From NCBI RefSeq assembly GCF_000143415.4, contig NW_003314315.1:755974-818914 (forward strand): a DNA stretch of 62,941 bases, given 5' to 3'. The notes beneath the pieces are model-generated. The model was not told where the DNA came from, did not search any database, and saw nothing but the letters and a program-made list of their open reading frames with translations. The translations under genes were made by a program, and so were the position numbers. Positions 45,500-58,040 of the stretch are shown in pieces. Source of the DNA: Selaginella moellendorffii (taxonomy: Eukaryota > Plantae > Lycopodiophyta). The first letter of the stretch is position 1; each line of letters opens with the position of its first letter.

Positions 45500-48058
45500 C
45501 TACTCGTAGTCGGCCGACTTATCCAGCGGGGGCGTGAGCATCCCAAACGGGATCCTCCTCGAGTGCTTCCTCCTGCGCGTGATTCCCTGCGGCGCCACCA
45601 GCGCCTCCGCCCTGAGGCTCGCCACCGACACCCTCCCCGCCATCATCTCCAAGTAGTGCTCGAAGCACAGCGGGAACGACTTCCAGTCGTAGACGGAGTG
45701 GAGCGTCCCCACCCGGACAACCTCCATCCATTCCTCGCCCGACACCTGAATCCTCTTGAGCACCTTGTGGACGCGCATCAGGTACATGTCGATCATCCCG
45801 CTGTAGCATCCGATCACCGAGCAACACTTGCCTCGCAGGAACTGCCGGCTCATTCTCGTCAGCACCACGAACAGGAGATTGTCCCCGCACTTGGTATCGT
45901 GGCTCACCAGCGGCGGGACCAAAAACTTCTTCCCCATGTTGCGCAGGTCCGACTCGGTGGGGAAGAACGAGGCCAGGTTGCCGTCCAGCCCGACCACCTT
46001 GATGTCGTTGGAGAAGGACTTCCGGATGTTCCTGCTCGACGACTTGTGCTTGGCGGCCAGCGAGAAGATGAGCGACCAGCGCAGGTGGTAGTCGACCGTC
46101 TTCTTCACAAACGCGAAGTTGTCGCAGCAGCGGTAGTAGTCGAGCCAGCGGTACGCCAGCCCCGAGTACCAGTGCAGGATGGCGATGTCCTCCTGCGCTA
46201 GCAGCATCCGGAAGTGCGTCGGCCTCCCACCTTTGGTCACGATCTCTCGCAGCCGCAGCTTGTCCACCAGTTCCATGATCGGCATGATCACCAGCAGCCG
46301 CAGCTCGTCCGCCTTCTTCACCTTGATCGGTGGCGGGTTTCCGGTCGATCGGGCCTCCTTCTCCGCTGCCAGCCGCTCCATCTTCTCCTGCTTCTGCTTC
46401 AGCCTCGCGTTGACGCCCCCCTCAGCGCTCACCGAGTAGTCGAGCTGGCCCAGGAACTTGTCCACCTCTTCCTGGAACCTGTCGAACGCCGCGATGAGCT
46501 CCTTGGGTAGCTGTTCGCGGATCCAGGGGCTCATCAGTATGTGGCCTTTGCGGAACTTCTCGCGGATCATCAGCCTCTCCTCCTCCCTCTCGCTGCTCAG
46601 GAATCCCCGGACCATGTCCCCCGCAACGCTCTCGAACATGCGCCGGACCGTCGCGTCGCCCTGGCTGTCCGACAACGCGTTCTTCCTCGCGCGGGTGTAT
46701 ATCTCCACAAGCATCTCAGCGCCCAGCTTCCGAACAACCGCGTCGTAGTGGTGCTTCATCTGCCGCTTCACCATCTCGATCCGGTTCTCCACCGCTCGCA
46801 TCGACTGGATGCACGTCTGCTTCCGGAACTCGGGCATCTTGGAGGGAGGAACGAACTGGAGCTGGAAGCCAAGGAAGTCACACTGGTTGAGGGTGGCGTC
46901 CATCAGCGTCTTCCGGCCCCGCTCCACCTCCGCCACCAGCTTCTCGTTCACGTATACGCACAGCTCGTGCTGGACCGTGAGAGCAATCTCCTTCTGGCCC
47001 GACACAGCCAGCAGCACCTCGTCGCCATAGCGGCATGCATACAGCCTGATCTTGCGGTCGGCCGGATCGTCGCTCTCCTCGGCGGGCGTGTTGAGAGCTG
47101 ACTCTTCAGTGATTCCAATATCAGCATCCGGGACTGAGGCCCTCGCAACTTTCACTTCCTCAGGCTCCTCCGGATTCATGCTTGCCACCCCCTCCGCCAC
47201 CTCTTGGATCTTCCAGTCAAGCTTGTCCAAGTAGATGTTGAGAAGCATCGGCGAGAGGATGGGCTCCTTGCAGAAGTCCTCCCAGTGGAGGTTCCCCATG
47301 TCCATCTGGAAGACGCGGGCACGGAAGAGCTGCCGGAGGAAAGCTATGAGCCTGCTGTCTTCGATGGTTTCCTCAAGGATGGCCACCAGCACGTCGAAGT
47401 TCTCGAGCGTGAAGTGCCGCTCCAGCTTCATCTTGATGAACCAGTCGAAGTACTTCCAGCGATACTTGATCAGCCTCATAGCCATATGCCTCCCTCTTCC
47501 GGGCCTGGAAGCAAACGAAAGGCTGGAGAACCGCGGCTCGTAAACTTCCTGAAGTGCCATCCGGGTGGCCTCCATGGCGATCTTGGTCTTGAGATTGGGA
47601 AGAACCAGCGAGCGAGTGGAGTTCTCCTTGGAGGAGACGAGGACCTCCACGCAGTTGGCCTTGACGTCGAAAGTCCCAATCGCCAAGTCCCTGGACATGT
47701 GCTCTATCACCTCCCGGCTAATCCCATCGGCCTCCATTTGCTTGGCCTCGTTTCCCAGGAGAGGCCCCGAGCGCTTCTTGATAGAATTGTAAGCGGCCAT
47801 TAGATTGCTGGGAGTAGCTACTACATTCCTCATCAACAATCGATACTTACCGTCCACGAAGATCCCGTCCACGCCCTGCCGGAACCTCTCCTGGTCCACG
47901 TCCTGGAAGAGGGAATTCACCTCCCTGGCGATGAGCGCTCTGTTGCTCGGCTCCTCCTCCACGGCGGCGGCCGCTGACCAGGCCGATCGATGCGGCGCGG
48001 CAGCGGCGCCGACCCAGCAGCGGCGCCATGGCGCTGCCCGCCCCGCGCGTTGCAGCAT
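45500..48058 (-). CDS. nMAT4: Nuclear-encoded group II intron maturase, type II (nMAT3/nMAT4 clade), intronless, organelle-targeted
   Basis: R/A-rich presequence. RT subdomains LVLPNLK...F..SRPGRG...LSP.LLNIYLD.LD and RYGDE. Domain X ILHWYSGL...YYRCCDNF...LRWS...SLAAKHK. Degenerate C-terminal Zn/En region C..GC...PLC..H. Symbol is clade-level only. Confidence 0.9.
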   Translation of the reverse strand: MLQRAGRAAPWRRCWVGAAAAPHRSAWSAAAAVEEEPSNRALIAREVNSLFQDVDQERFRQGVDGIFVDGKYRLLMRNVVATPSNLMAAYNSIKKRSGPLLGNEAKQMEADGISREVIEHMSRDLAIGTFDVKANCVEVLVSSKENSTRSLVLPNLKTKIAMEATRMALQEVYEPRFSSLSFASRPGRGRHMAMRLIKYRWKYFDWFIKMKLERHFTLENFDVLVAILEETIEDSRLIAFLRQLFRARVFQMDMGNLHWEDFCKEPILSPMLLNIYLDKLDWKIQEVAEGVASMNPEEPEEVKVARASVPDADIGITEESALNTPAEESDDPADRKIRLYACRYGDEVLLAVSGQKEIALTVQHELCVYVNEKLVAEVERGRKTLMDATLNQCDFLGFQLQFVPPSKMPEFRKQTCIQSMRAVENRIEMVKRQMKHHYDAVVRKLGAEMLVEIYTRARKNALSDSQGDATVRRMFESVAGDMVRGFLSSEREEERLMIREKFRKGHILMSPWIREQLPKELIAAFDRFQEEVDKFLGQLDYSVSAEGGVNARLKQKQEKMERLAAEKEARSTGNPPPIKVKKADELRLLVIMPIMELVDKLRLREIVTKGGRPTHFRMLLAQEDIAILHWYSGLAYRWLDYYRCCDNFAFVKKTVDYHLRWSLIFSLAAKHKSSSRNIRKSFSNDIKVVGLDGNLASFFPTESDLRNMGKKFLVPPLVSHDTKCGDNLLFVVLTRMSRQFLRGKCCSVIGCYSGMIDMYLMRVHKVLKRIQVSGEEWMEVVRVGTLHSVYDWKSFPLCFEHYLEMMAGRVSVASLRAEALVAPQGITRRRKHSRRIPFGMLTPPLDKSADYE

Positions 48059-48108
48059 TGCATTGTCCTAAAGCCCTAAACCCCCCATTTTTAGGGTTCT
48101 TCGTATTT

Positions 48109-49833
48109 TCACTCGCTGACCAAGAGGATCTTGCCCGGGGAAGCCTGCAAATCAAATCCTGGCAGCGTTGGAGCGGAATTTCAACGATCTTGAGGCGCGT
48201 ACCTTGGCGAGGCTCCCGCGGATGGCATCGTCGTAGCGCTCCAGCGGGAATTTCTCGCCCACGAGCGGCTCCATGATCTTGCCCTCGAGGAGCTTCATCA
48301 CGGTGGATGCGATCTCCCGGAATTCGTGCATTGATCGCTTGTAGATCCAGCGCTTGAGGTAGAACCCCTTGACGCTGACCTCGCGCAGCAGCAAATCCAT
48401 GCCCGCGACGGACACCTCCGCCTTGTTCATGGTGCCGTAGACGATGACCGTTCCCCTGTTCTTGACGCTGGCGCAAAGAATCTGGCAGGAAGAATGGAGC
48501 GAATCAGTGGATCCGGGTCGACTGGAGAGCTCTTGCCTTTGTGATCTCGCCGCCCAGGCAATCGATGGCGGCGTGCGCGAGCTTGCCATTGGTGATCTTC
48601 TTCACCTCCTTGACAACGTTTTCTTCCTTGAAGTTGATCACGTAGTCGGCGCCCAGGCGGAAGAGCTCCTCCTTTTGCTCATTCTTTCTCACCAGACTGA
48701 TCGTCTGGAAATATGGAAGAAACCGATCGATCGATGAATCGTTCCAAAGAAAAAAGGAGAAGAAAAGGAGACCTTGATGCCCCTGTGGTGTGCGTATTGG
48801 ATGAACATTCTTCCAAGAACCGAGGAAGCTCCACTCTGGACCACGTAATCGCCGCTGGGAACCTCCAGCTCCTCCGCCAGAGCATACACTGCGCAAAAGA
48901 AATCCCTCCCGTGAGGAAGGAGTCCACAAACCCATCCAAGATCTTCCTTGCCTGTGAATGGGTTGACGAAGAACTGGCACGCCACCTCGTTGGAAATGGA
49001 GTCGGGCACCGGGATGGCCACATCGGCCGAGCAGAGGAGAAACTCCTGCCATGTCTCGGGATCGCTCCACTCGAGAATCGGGCACACCCGCTGACCCACG
49101 CACAGACCCACCACATTCTCCCCGACCTTTTCTCCCAATCCAATCGGGTACCCGCAAAAAAGGAGAGGAAGAACAACGCTATGATCGTCACAAAGGAAGG
49201 ACACTCCATCGCCAAGTACCACAAGCAACCAATCCTACACAAGAAGAAGAAGACCCAAGAAGTGATCCATCCTCCTCGATCAATCACATCATGTCAATTC
49301 CTCTAAGCTTCTCGGAGATCGATTGGGTCCCAGGAAGAAGACCCGAGAAGAGATCCTCCAGGACATAATGCCGATTCCTCCAAGCTTTTCGGAGATCGAT
49401 TGGGCCCCAGGAAGAAGAAGAAGAAGAAGAAGAAGAAGAAGAAGAAGAAGACCCAAGAAGACATCCTCCTCGATCATTCATGCCAATCACTGCAAGCTTT
49501 TCGGATCGCGATTGGGTAGTAGCATCAAACCAAACAACAGGAAGAAGAGGGGAAGAAGAAAGATCGATCAAACAAGCTGGAGCTGAAGATCCAGCTTACC
49601 TCGTGGATGATCCCCATGCCCTCGAGGCCTGGCACCGCGGGGAAGGAGATGGGCTTCCAGGTCGGGTAGAAGCCCTGCAAGCACATAATGTCGGATGGAT
49701 TGACTGGGCGGCACAGGAGCTTCACCACGACCTGGCCACTCCCGGCTCGCGGCGTCGCCACCCATCCAATCCGGCACGCCGCCGCTGGATCTTCCCGGTT
49801 ATACGACAGGAGCTGGATCGCCCTGTGCATCAT
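48109..49833 (-). CDS. Medium-chain dehydrogenase/reductase (quinone reductase or 2-enoyl thioester reductase-like), about 6 exons
   Basis: PVNPSDI...GFYP...PAVPGLEGMG, VGQRV...TWQE, FVNPFT, VVQSGASSVLGRM, LGADYVIN, AIDCLGG, GTVIVYG. Last exon ASPGKILLVSE* ends at 48109. Confidence 0.88.
49410..49450 (+). repeat. (GAA)n microsatellite within an internally repeated intron 1 of the MDR gene
   Basis: About 13 GAA units, with AAGAAGACCC(A/G)AGAAG...ATCCTCC recurring three times between 49240 and 49475. Confidence 0.85.
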
Positions 49834-50039
49834 CGCCGCCGCCTCCTTGCCCTCGATTGATCAATGCTCTTCTCTTACGATCGAAGATCTAGTTTGCGGG
49901 AAGGACGAGCTCCTTTTATAACCCAAAGCTCTCGGATTTGTTACTGTGGCCTCTTTTCCTTGCTCCTCTTTTTGTTTCGCGGGGTATTAGATTATGAGCG
50001 CCATGGAAAGACCGTGTGACCTGCGTAATCCGGGAGCGT

Positions 50040-50600
50040 CAATCCAGCATCTTTGTACTCAGCAGCAAAGGCGTAAAACTTTCCATTCCATGCGTGAATG
50101 AGTGAACACGACGCCCTCGCTTTGCTTTAGCCTGGATCCTGTATATCAGCGCCAAACTTTCAGGGGAAAAGCTTAACGACAAGGAGAAAAACGAAAGAAC
50201 CTTTGGCTCCAAGACCACGTTTCTCACGCTCCATATTAATGGTACCGTCGCTATAGCCACAGTCCTCTCAAACAAGGATATGCTGCCATTCGTCCACGCT
50301 CTGGCCATAACTTTGATCGTGGGAGGTTGAATACTGGCAGGGAAAAGCCGACCAAGAAAAACGTGGATGGAATGTGTATACTGACTCATAAACTTTGCAG
50401 GACTTTTTGCCATACCAAGGTGTGAGTGAGCACTGCCTTTCAATCGCGATGATTCCAAATTCCATCTCATCCTCACTGATATCCAAAGAATTGCAATCTC
50501 GAGCTCCAGGACATAACTTATCTACAAGAGAGTGAAATAATCAGTATACTTGTAGAAAAGAAAGGAAACTTACCTCGAGCGTTTGACTTATCTACCTGAA
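50040..50600 (-). pseudogene. Deleted tandem duplicate of MED15 3' exons and 3' UTR
   Basis: ATAAGTTATGTCCTGGAG, GATATCAGTGAGGATG and TIK.MARAW copies, plus a UTR block at 50096-50160 that matches 50716-50780. Confidence 0.75.
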
Positions 50601-50838
50601 CGTGATGGATGCCTTGGAGACTGTTAAACAACCGAGAGATCCAAAAGTATGTGTAATTTCTCTAGTCAACAACATCAGCTGTTCACGCCAACGAAGCGCG
50701 TTTCTCGCGCTTCGCGAATGAGTCAACACGACGCCCTGGCTTTGCTCTAGCATAAATACCTGTATATATAGCAGCAAACTTACATTACTCCGCGAATTAC
50801 CTTCCACTACCTCGTCTTGTATTAACACTGTCGTGAAG

Positions 50839-53800
50839 CTAAGTTGCTACGCAGTTCTCCCAAACGCCGATGCTGCTTAGGAAAGGACCACCGTTGCTGC
50901 TACCGCTGCTGCCGTAAATCGCCTCCGAGACAACCTTTCGAGCACACTCGTCCCATGCTCTGGCCATGGCTTTGATCGTGAGAGGGTGGGTGTAATTACC
51001 GAGCCTCACCGCCCTGGCAAACGAGTCTCTAGCCACCACTGACAGCAAGTGACTAACGAGACCAAGAACAAAGCGTAAAAAACATGAATGAAATGGAAAG
51101 AAGGATCCTTACTTGGAGTTTGGATCAAAATTGTCGGACATTAGAAGCGGAGGAGTCTTTGGATAAGTTGGAGGGACGAGTACTCGTAGCGGTGACAAAA
51201 CGGCCTGCCATTATCCGACAAAGTCAAGCACCACAGAAGTAAATAAGGACTTTTACCATGTGATGTATCGTTTCTGGAATCTCAAGGCCGTTGTACGAAA
51301 ATGTAAGAACAAGACCTTCCTTGCCTTCGGAGGCTGCTTCCTCAGTCCCATCCTCACTGATATCCACGACGGTGTCGATGAGGTGGTCATTCGTGTCGCG
51401 AATTTCTTGCTCCAGGACATAACTTATCTACATGAGAGTACTTATAGCGAGGAAAAGAAGGAAACACTTGCCTCAAGTTTTTGACTCTTCCACCCGGATG
51501 TGACGGATGACTCAAGGTCGGCCTCGTCCCCTTTGTGGAGACTGTTCACAACGCTTCCATCCGAGGAGATTAGTGTCAGCGCAATGGAATCGAGCTGACG
51601 CTTGACCTTCTTCGCAGCTGCTGGACCTTCCTGCGTTGATGCCAAAGCTCTAGATTGCTGACGACTCTTTGTCAATGCAGCCAAGTCCTCCCCGACAGCT
51701 GCTCTGCAACCAGGGCCGGGTGCTGAGGCCGCAAGCTTGTCGGACAAGTTCACGACAGATCTCATTTCCCTCACGCCTGCGCTGAGAGCTTTTGGAGAGA
51801 TCGTGCTAACCTGGAGTTCGATAAAAAAATTTAAAAAAAAAAAAAAAAAGAGTTTGAGTTATGTAAGAGGAGAAACTAGAACTTACGATCTTAAGAAGCC
51901 TCTCCAAAGGATCGAGGCCCTTCTGGCCAAATGGAGTCCCGGGCGCTGGATCCTGCGAGCCAGCGACTTGAGCAGGACTCGGGGAAAACTCCAAGAAAGG
52001 TGACGCCGAAATGCCTGGTGTGCCAATCACTGGAGTTGCGGTGGACTGGTTGTAGCCAATCGGCTGGGAGCTCGTTATCGAGGACACAGCGGAAGTAGCC
52101 GCTTTATGCTCGGCGTCCTCGATTGGTGGCGAAGCAACCGGAAGCAACGGAGAGGGAGTCATAAACGGTGGTGTCGCCGCTTGCAAAGGCGTGCCAACTT
52201 TGACGGTAGTTAAACCTTGAGCATGCTGCTGGTCTATCTGCGGTGACAGTTGCTGGGCCAGTTGAGGCGATGGAGCTTGCAGAATCTGGGGAGATGAAGT
52301 CAGCTGAGGCGATCCAACTTTCATCTGATTCAGCTGGTTCTGCTGCTGCTGCTGCACTCGCTTAGTCGCCATCATTCTTCGGATATCCATCTTCGAATCC
52401 TCCTGCATTTGTTGCTGCTGGTGTTGTTGCTGCTGCAGAGGAAGGACGAGGTTGGAAGCTTGCTGCAACTTTTGCTGCTGCTGCTGAGCCAGTTGGATTC
52501 TCTTCATCTGCTGCTGCTGTAGAAGATCTTGCTTAAACACATGCTGCTGCTGCTGCTGCTGCTGGAGAGGATTTAGACTGTGCATCATGTTGGGCTGAGC
52601 AGTATTCTGCCCCGGAATTGTGACAGGCGGATGCTGCACGGACGAAATCTGACCGCCAAGCATTCCTTGCTGCTGGTGCTGCTGCTGCTGAAGTTGCACT
52701 TGCTGCTGCTGCTGTTGCTGAGGGAGCTTACGCTTCTTAAAAGTCTCCATAATACTCACAATTTGTTTCTCGAAGGCTTCTAGCTTGTCTAGCCTGAACT
52801 CCTTTGGAAGGTTGGTCCTCGAGGCAGATAAATATGGAATCATTCGGCTTAACACGTCCTTGTAATGATTCAGCTTCTGCAGCTGATCTGCGGGCATTGA
52901 CTGCATATAGAAAAAAAAATTGCTTTTAACAATTTGGGCCGACAAAGTCTTACCTGTTGACTTCGTGCAACAAGCATGTTCCGAAGATCGTTCATGTCAG
53001 GTAAATACTTGTCCTTGAGGTTTTGCAGCTGTAACAGAAACGATTATTTCATATTGAATACAAAGTACGCTGATACATACCTTGTTCCACACCGTCTCTT
53101 GTTGGTCGATGGTAGCGGACTGAGCTGTCTGACCCGAATCAACTGAAGCTGTGAAAAAAACAATTAAGCCCACTCGCTCTTGAAAATCCATAACAACGCA
53201 CCTGAGGAAGCTTCGGACACGGCACGTTGTTGCATCATCCCGAGGGGTTGATTTTGCTGCGGCAGTGCTTGTTGCTGCTTCGGCTGAAGCATTTGTTGCT
53301 GAAGCATCTGCTGGCCACTGCTCAAGAGCTGCTGCTGGTGCAAAGCTTGAGCACTCGGCTGCTGCTGTTGCTGCTGCATGTACGGTTGTTGCTGCTGTTG
53401 CATCAAGCTTGGTTGATGCTGAGACATATTTGACTGAGGCTGAGAAAGTCCAGCTAGCTGTGGCTGTTGTTGTTGTTGCTGCTGTTGCAATGGTGGTAGC
53501 TGCTGTTGTTGCTGCTGCTGCTGTTGATGGTGCTGCAACAGGGTCACGGGCGGCTGCTGTTGCGGCTGCTGTTGCTGCTGTTGCGGAAGTAGACTTTGCT
53601 GCGAATTAATCCCAGAAGGTTTTAGAACCATACTCGTCGGTTGCTGCTGCTGTTGCAAGCCGGGTTGCTTTTGCTTCATATGCATCCGGTAAAGCATCTG
53701 CTGAGAAGCAACATGCGGAGGTTGTGAAGATTGAGGCTGTTGTTGTTGTTGCTGATGCTGTGGTTGTTGTTGAGGCTGTTGTTGCTGCTGTTGTTGTTGT

Positions 53801-54672
53801 TGCTGCTGCTGCTGCTGTGGCTGCACTTGAGTTTGACGAGCTTGCATCATTCTCATGGCAGCTGAATTCTGGCCGAGACCGGCAAGGCTTGCTTGTTGTC
53901 CTTGCAGGTGTGCTGGCAAGGCCGCAATGGGATTCCCTTGCAAAGACTGATGTGGTCTGACTTGACCACTCAGTTGGATGTTGTTGCCAAAACTTTGCGG
54001 GACTTGAGCTTGACCTTGAGCTTGTCTCATCTGTAATTGCTGCTGCTGCTGCTGCTGCTGTTGGAGTTGTTGTTGCTGTGGTTGCTGCTGCTGGATTTGC
54101 TGCTGCTGTTGCTGGGGCTGCTGCTGCTGTTGCTGGATTTGTTGCTGGAGCTGCTGCTGGATTTGAGGTTGCTGAGGCGGCTGCTGCTGCTGCTGCTGGA
54201 TTTGCTGGGGCTGCTGCTGCTGCTGGAGCCCTGGCTGCTGAGAACCCATGAGAGACGAAGTCCCAGAAACCATCTGAGAAGCATCCGACGGATTTGACGG
54301 GGGAGCGTTGCTGTTGTTCTGGGACGACTTATTCTCTAGCGAGAGCATCTTCATGGATATCCTCCGGAGATAGTCTTGCTGAACAAGGAAAAAAGAAACT
54401 TTTCTATCATCGATCCGATCAGAGGAGCGAGGAGAAACTTGCCTGATCCGTCGCCGTCATGTAAATCTTCTCCTCGAAGCGGCATGCGATCTTGAGCAGC
54501 TCGTTCATGCCGTCGGGCGGATTGTGTGGCATATGCTTCTGGAGCGTGTCCATTCTGCCGATTACCGGAGACAAGGCCATGAGGATCAATCCAGAGAGCT
54601 AGAGGGGAGCGCTTACATTCTCTTGACGATCTTATTCCGCGCATCGGAGCATAGGCCACTACGCCAATCCAT
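50839..54672 (-). CDS. MED15: Mediator subunit 15 (KIX domain, long poly-Q region, conserved C-terminus), multi-exon
   Basis: MDWRSGLCSDARNKIVKRI|MDTLQKHMP...RFEEKIYMTATDQ|QDYLRRISMKMLSLE (KIX), then Q-rich exons, RAAVGEDLAALTK, PLRVLVPPTYP and IKAMARAWDECAR...GVWENCVAT*. Intron 2 has a GC donor. Confidence 0.93.
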
Positions 54673-54803
54673 TGCCCTCGTCTTCTCAAACCCTAGCTAG
54701 CTCGCTCCTCCTATTTGGTAAATCTGTTGAAAACTAATAAAATAATGTGAAATATTCTTTACATCTAAAGCATCCGGTCAAGTATCTAGGGCTTGACAGA
54801 GCT
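54673..54803. promoter_or_regulatory. 131-bp divergent promoter region shared by MED15 and COQ4, with telo-box-like AAACCCTAG
   Basis: Head-to-head ATGs at 54672 and 54804. AAACCCTAG at 54688. Confidence 0.6.
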
Positions 54804-55546
54804 ATGGCGTTCCAGGGCGCCAGGGTTCCTCTCAATTGGTGGCAGCGCGCGGCCGTCGTGGCGGGATCGGCAGTGGGAGCTGCGCTGAATCCCGCTAGGG
54901 CGGATCTCGTCGCTGCTCTGGGCGAGACCACGGGAGGATTTGCGTTCCAGCGAATGCTGGAGCGTATGGAGCGAAGCCCCGAGGGCCAGGTAGCAAGCAA
55001 ATCTTGTTCTTTCTATCCATCTCCAAGCAATTCCTTTGCTCCAAGCAGAGAATTCTCGCGGAGCGTCCCAGAGTGACATCGTCGGCAATGTCTCGCGCCT
55101 GGGATCTTCCACCCAATACCTTTGGCGCCGCCTACGCCCAGTTCATGGGATCCAGGAACTTTAGCCCCGACGATCGCCCTCCAGTTCGATTTCTAGAGTC
55201 CGAGCAGCTCGCCTACGTTGCGACACGAGCCCGGGAAGTTCACGACTTTTGGCACGTCCTCTTTGGCCTGCCCACCAGCGTCATGGGAGAGCTCGCCTTG
55301 AAAGCTCTCGAGTTCCAGCAGACCACCATGCCGATGTGCTTCCTCTCGGTTGCCGGAGCTTCGTGGCGGCTCAAGCCACACCAGAGGGACGCGCTCTTCC
55401 GGGAGTTCATCCCCTGGGCTTTCAAGGCTGGGAACTCCGCCACGGACCTGATGTGCGTTTACTACGAGCAGCACCTGGACGAAGATCTGGAAGACGTTCG
55501 CAACAAGTGGGGCATCATTCATGCGCCGGCGCTACGAAAAAAATAG
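54804..55546 (+). CDS. COQ4: Ubiquinone biosynthesis protein COQ4; exons 54804-54989, 55049-55546
   Basis: [50 protein letters not shown] (HDxxH-x11-E motif), YYE. Confidence 0.95.
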
Positions 55547-55740
55547 TTTTTCCGAGCCTCCTCAACTCTTCAACTTCGCCCAAGCTCCTGTGAGCCTCTT
55601 CTTCTACAGGAGCTTTGGTGCTGGATAAAAGGTTGAGCAGAAACTTGCCTGTGCACGAATGTAGAAGTCATTAGAACCGGATCGCAAAAGCTCAGGTACT
55701 TACATTCTCCTGATGGACATTTCCAGTTGTGTCGTTCGGA

Positions 55741-56055
55741 TCAGGTCTCTGAGAAGCCAATGTTCCAGAGGCCTTCCGGTGTCGAGGGAGGAACGAACTT
55801 ATACCGATGTTCACACCGCGAGTTCCCGTTTCGCCTGGGAGTTCCACACGTTGACGTTGGGAATCTAGTGGGAAAACCACATCGAGCAACCTGAAGCTCG
55901 TAGTGATGCGACGGAGACACTGGACTTACAACGATGGTAGAGGTGCGACTGCTTCTGCTAAGTCTCCAGGAAAGGAGTGGACTGCGCCTGTTAAGTCGGT
56001 GCGGAAGACAGGTGACGCGTGGAATGCAAGTGCAAAAAGTTCTACCACGCCGGCT
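55741..56055. pseudogene. COM1: Scrambled COM1/SAE2/CtIP C-terminal fragments
   Basis: Minus strand 55741-55830 reads RCEHRYKFVPPSTPEGLWNIGFSET*. Plus strand ~55990-56055 reads SVRK...CKKFYHA. Confidence 0.75.
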
Positions 56056-57544
56056 TCGATTTCTCAGCTCCATGGCGATCTCTTTGAGGCGTGTCGGCTC
56101 TGGTGGTGAAGTCCGAGGATTCTTTTTTGTGGTTGATCTCTTTCCTTTGATCCTAGACACCAATGAATTTGCATTTTCAAGTTATTGTACTTCGAATTTA
56201 GCATGTCCCAAGCCCCTATAATTGCATTCCCTCCCTAATCCAGTGTTTTGTAGATGGTCCAAATGTTATTTAAATTAACATGTATGTCATAGGCATTTAT
56301 TCATTTTTCAGTTAATGCCCATGATAATATTCATTTTTCAGTTTCAATTGAAATTTAGGTAGAAATAATATCACATTGCAACCCTATTGAAGTAAAGCCT
56401 TGCAAGAATTAATTTAGCCCAAAAATTATTTCTTTTTGGTCTGATTAGGATTCTTTAGCTTAATGAATATTGTAATGCCTAACACAAACAATTATAGAAA
56501 TGTAATTTGTGCTTACTTTTATAAAGTATTTTTCTTCTTTTTAAGAAAATATACAAATTGAAAGTGAGATTGAATATAATATTTCATCTGAGCAAGATTG
56601 AAGTGCTAATATTGAGCAATCTTGCTTTTCCCCTCTTATTTCTTTTAAGTATACAAAGATTTCAAATCTAAATGGCTTATTTTTCCTTTTCATATCCAAA
56701 ACCAATTTAAACTTCATAGTCAGAGTTACTCTTAAAAAAACAAAAAATAGTGTATATCCAAATTTTAACATAAAGCGTACATGCAAATTTACATAATATT
56801 GAAATCAAAATAGGTATGAAACTTAATGTAATACTTAATATTCTAAGTTAATATCATTATATGTCAGGATAAGATACCAAATTATATTTATATATACTTA
56901 ATGTTATAATATAATGTGTTTAAGTTCCACACTTTAATTACTCTACATAAAGAGGATTTGAATTCTCTTTTTCTTTGAAAATGGGTGTGAGATAATGTAG
57001 TGAATGTTTATATCAAGCTTATTAATGGTAATATGTGCAATTTTTTATTGTGTCAATTTAGTAGAAGGTAAAGTTTTTTATTTATCTTTTTCATTGCTTT
57101 AATGGTTTTGTAACAACTATTGCTTTCTTAAAAGGAAAGCATAAAAAGATTATTCTCCATTTTGATCTTATAATCACAGTCCACAATCAATATTTTATTA
57201 TGATAATGATAGAGAACTACATCAAATCAAGTGCAATATAAAAGTATTATGGGAAACCTTATTCAATCTTGCTCACCACAATACCTTAATAACTTATGAT
57301 TACACCTTTATTTTTTGATAATATAAACTATATTAAACAATTGTTATAAGTGGGTAAACATGTGATAAAGTGAGAGTAAGGATAAAACCAAGCTAAAAAT
57401 CCAAGAATTGAATTCGTCCAGTATTAAACTCCTTAACCAGATGGACTTGTTGCTCCTTCTGAGGCCACCAGGATTTGCCAGTGACTCGACTTGAGGTTCA
57501 AGCTGGTTCTTCCAAGTTCTTGTGAGTCGAGTAGTAAACAACGT

Positions 57545-58040
57545 CTCCAGCTTCAAGTCCTTGGGAACCAGATCCAGCGGTCCAATTCCATTCATTGAGA
57601 CAAAAGTATCCTTGTCTATCAGGGTTCACGCCTGTGAGATCCTGGGGACGACGTACTTTTGGAGCTTCCCATCCGGAGAAGCGAGTATACTTCCAATGTA
57701 AACTTCCGGAGAAAGGATCCCTTCCACGAAGACCAGCCTGATGCTCTCTTCTTCTTTGTCTTCCATGCCCTCAAAGATCATCTCCACCTGTCACCAGCGG
57801 CAGGATCTCTGAATTCTTGAGAAACTTCACGTTTGTGAACCTGTGGGCTTCGTCTTTGCTGCTAGGCCACTTACACGTAACCGCGACCTCGGCCGATCCA
57901 TCCCGCAAGGCTTTCGAGACGAGATTGGTCCTCCTCTCCTCCCCAGCACCCTTGCTCGCGCTGTCCTCCAGCTTCTCTGCGAGCTCTAGAAGAGCCTGCT
58001 CTCCGAGGAGCAGTAATCCGGGCTCTCGATCTGCTCTGCC
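57545..58040 (-). pseudogene. SUFD: Fragment of a plastid SufD (ABCI7-like) gene
   Basis: LLELAEKLEDS...WPSKDEAHRFTNVKFLKNSEI, IRLVFVEGILS.VYIGS and FVSMNGIGPLDL, with frameshifts and deletions. Confidence 0.65.

Noticed and set aside
45400-48110. Mobile group II intron or retron-like system around the RT-domain ORF
   Set aside because: No domain V/VI or GUGCG boundary seen, RT motifs are degenerate, and there is an organellar presequence.
53227-54297. Poly-Leu, poly-Ala/Val and poly-Ser ORFs
   Set aside because: Antisense or alternate frames of the MED15 CAG/CAA tracts.
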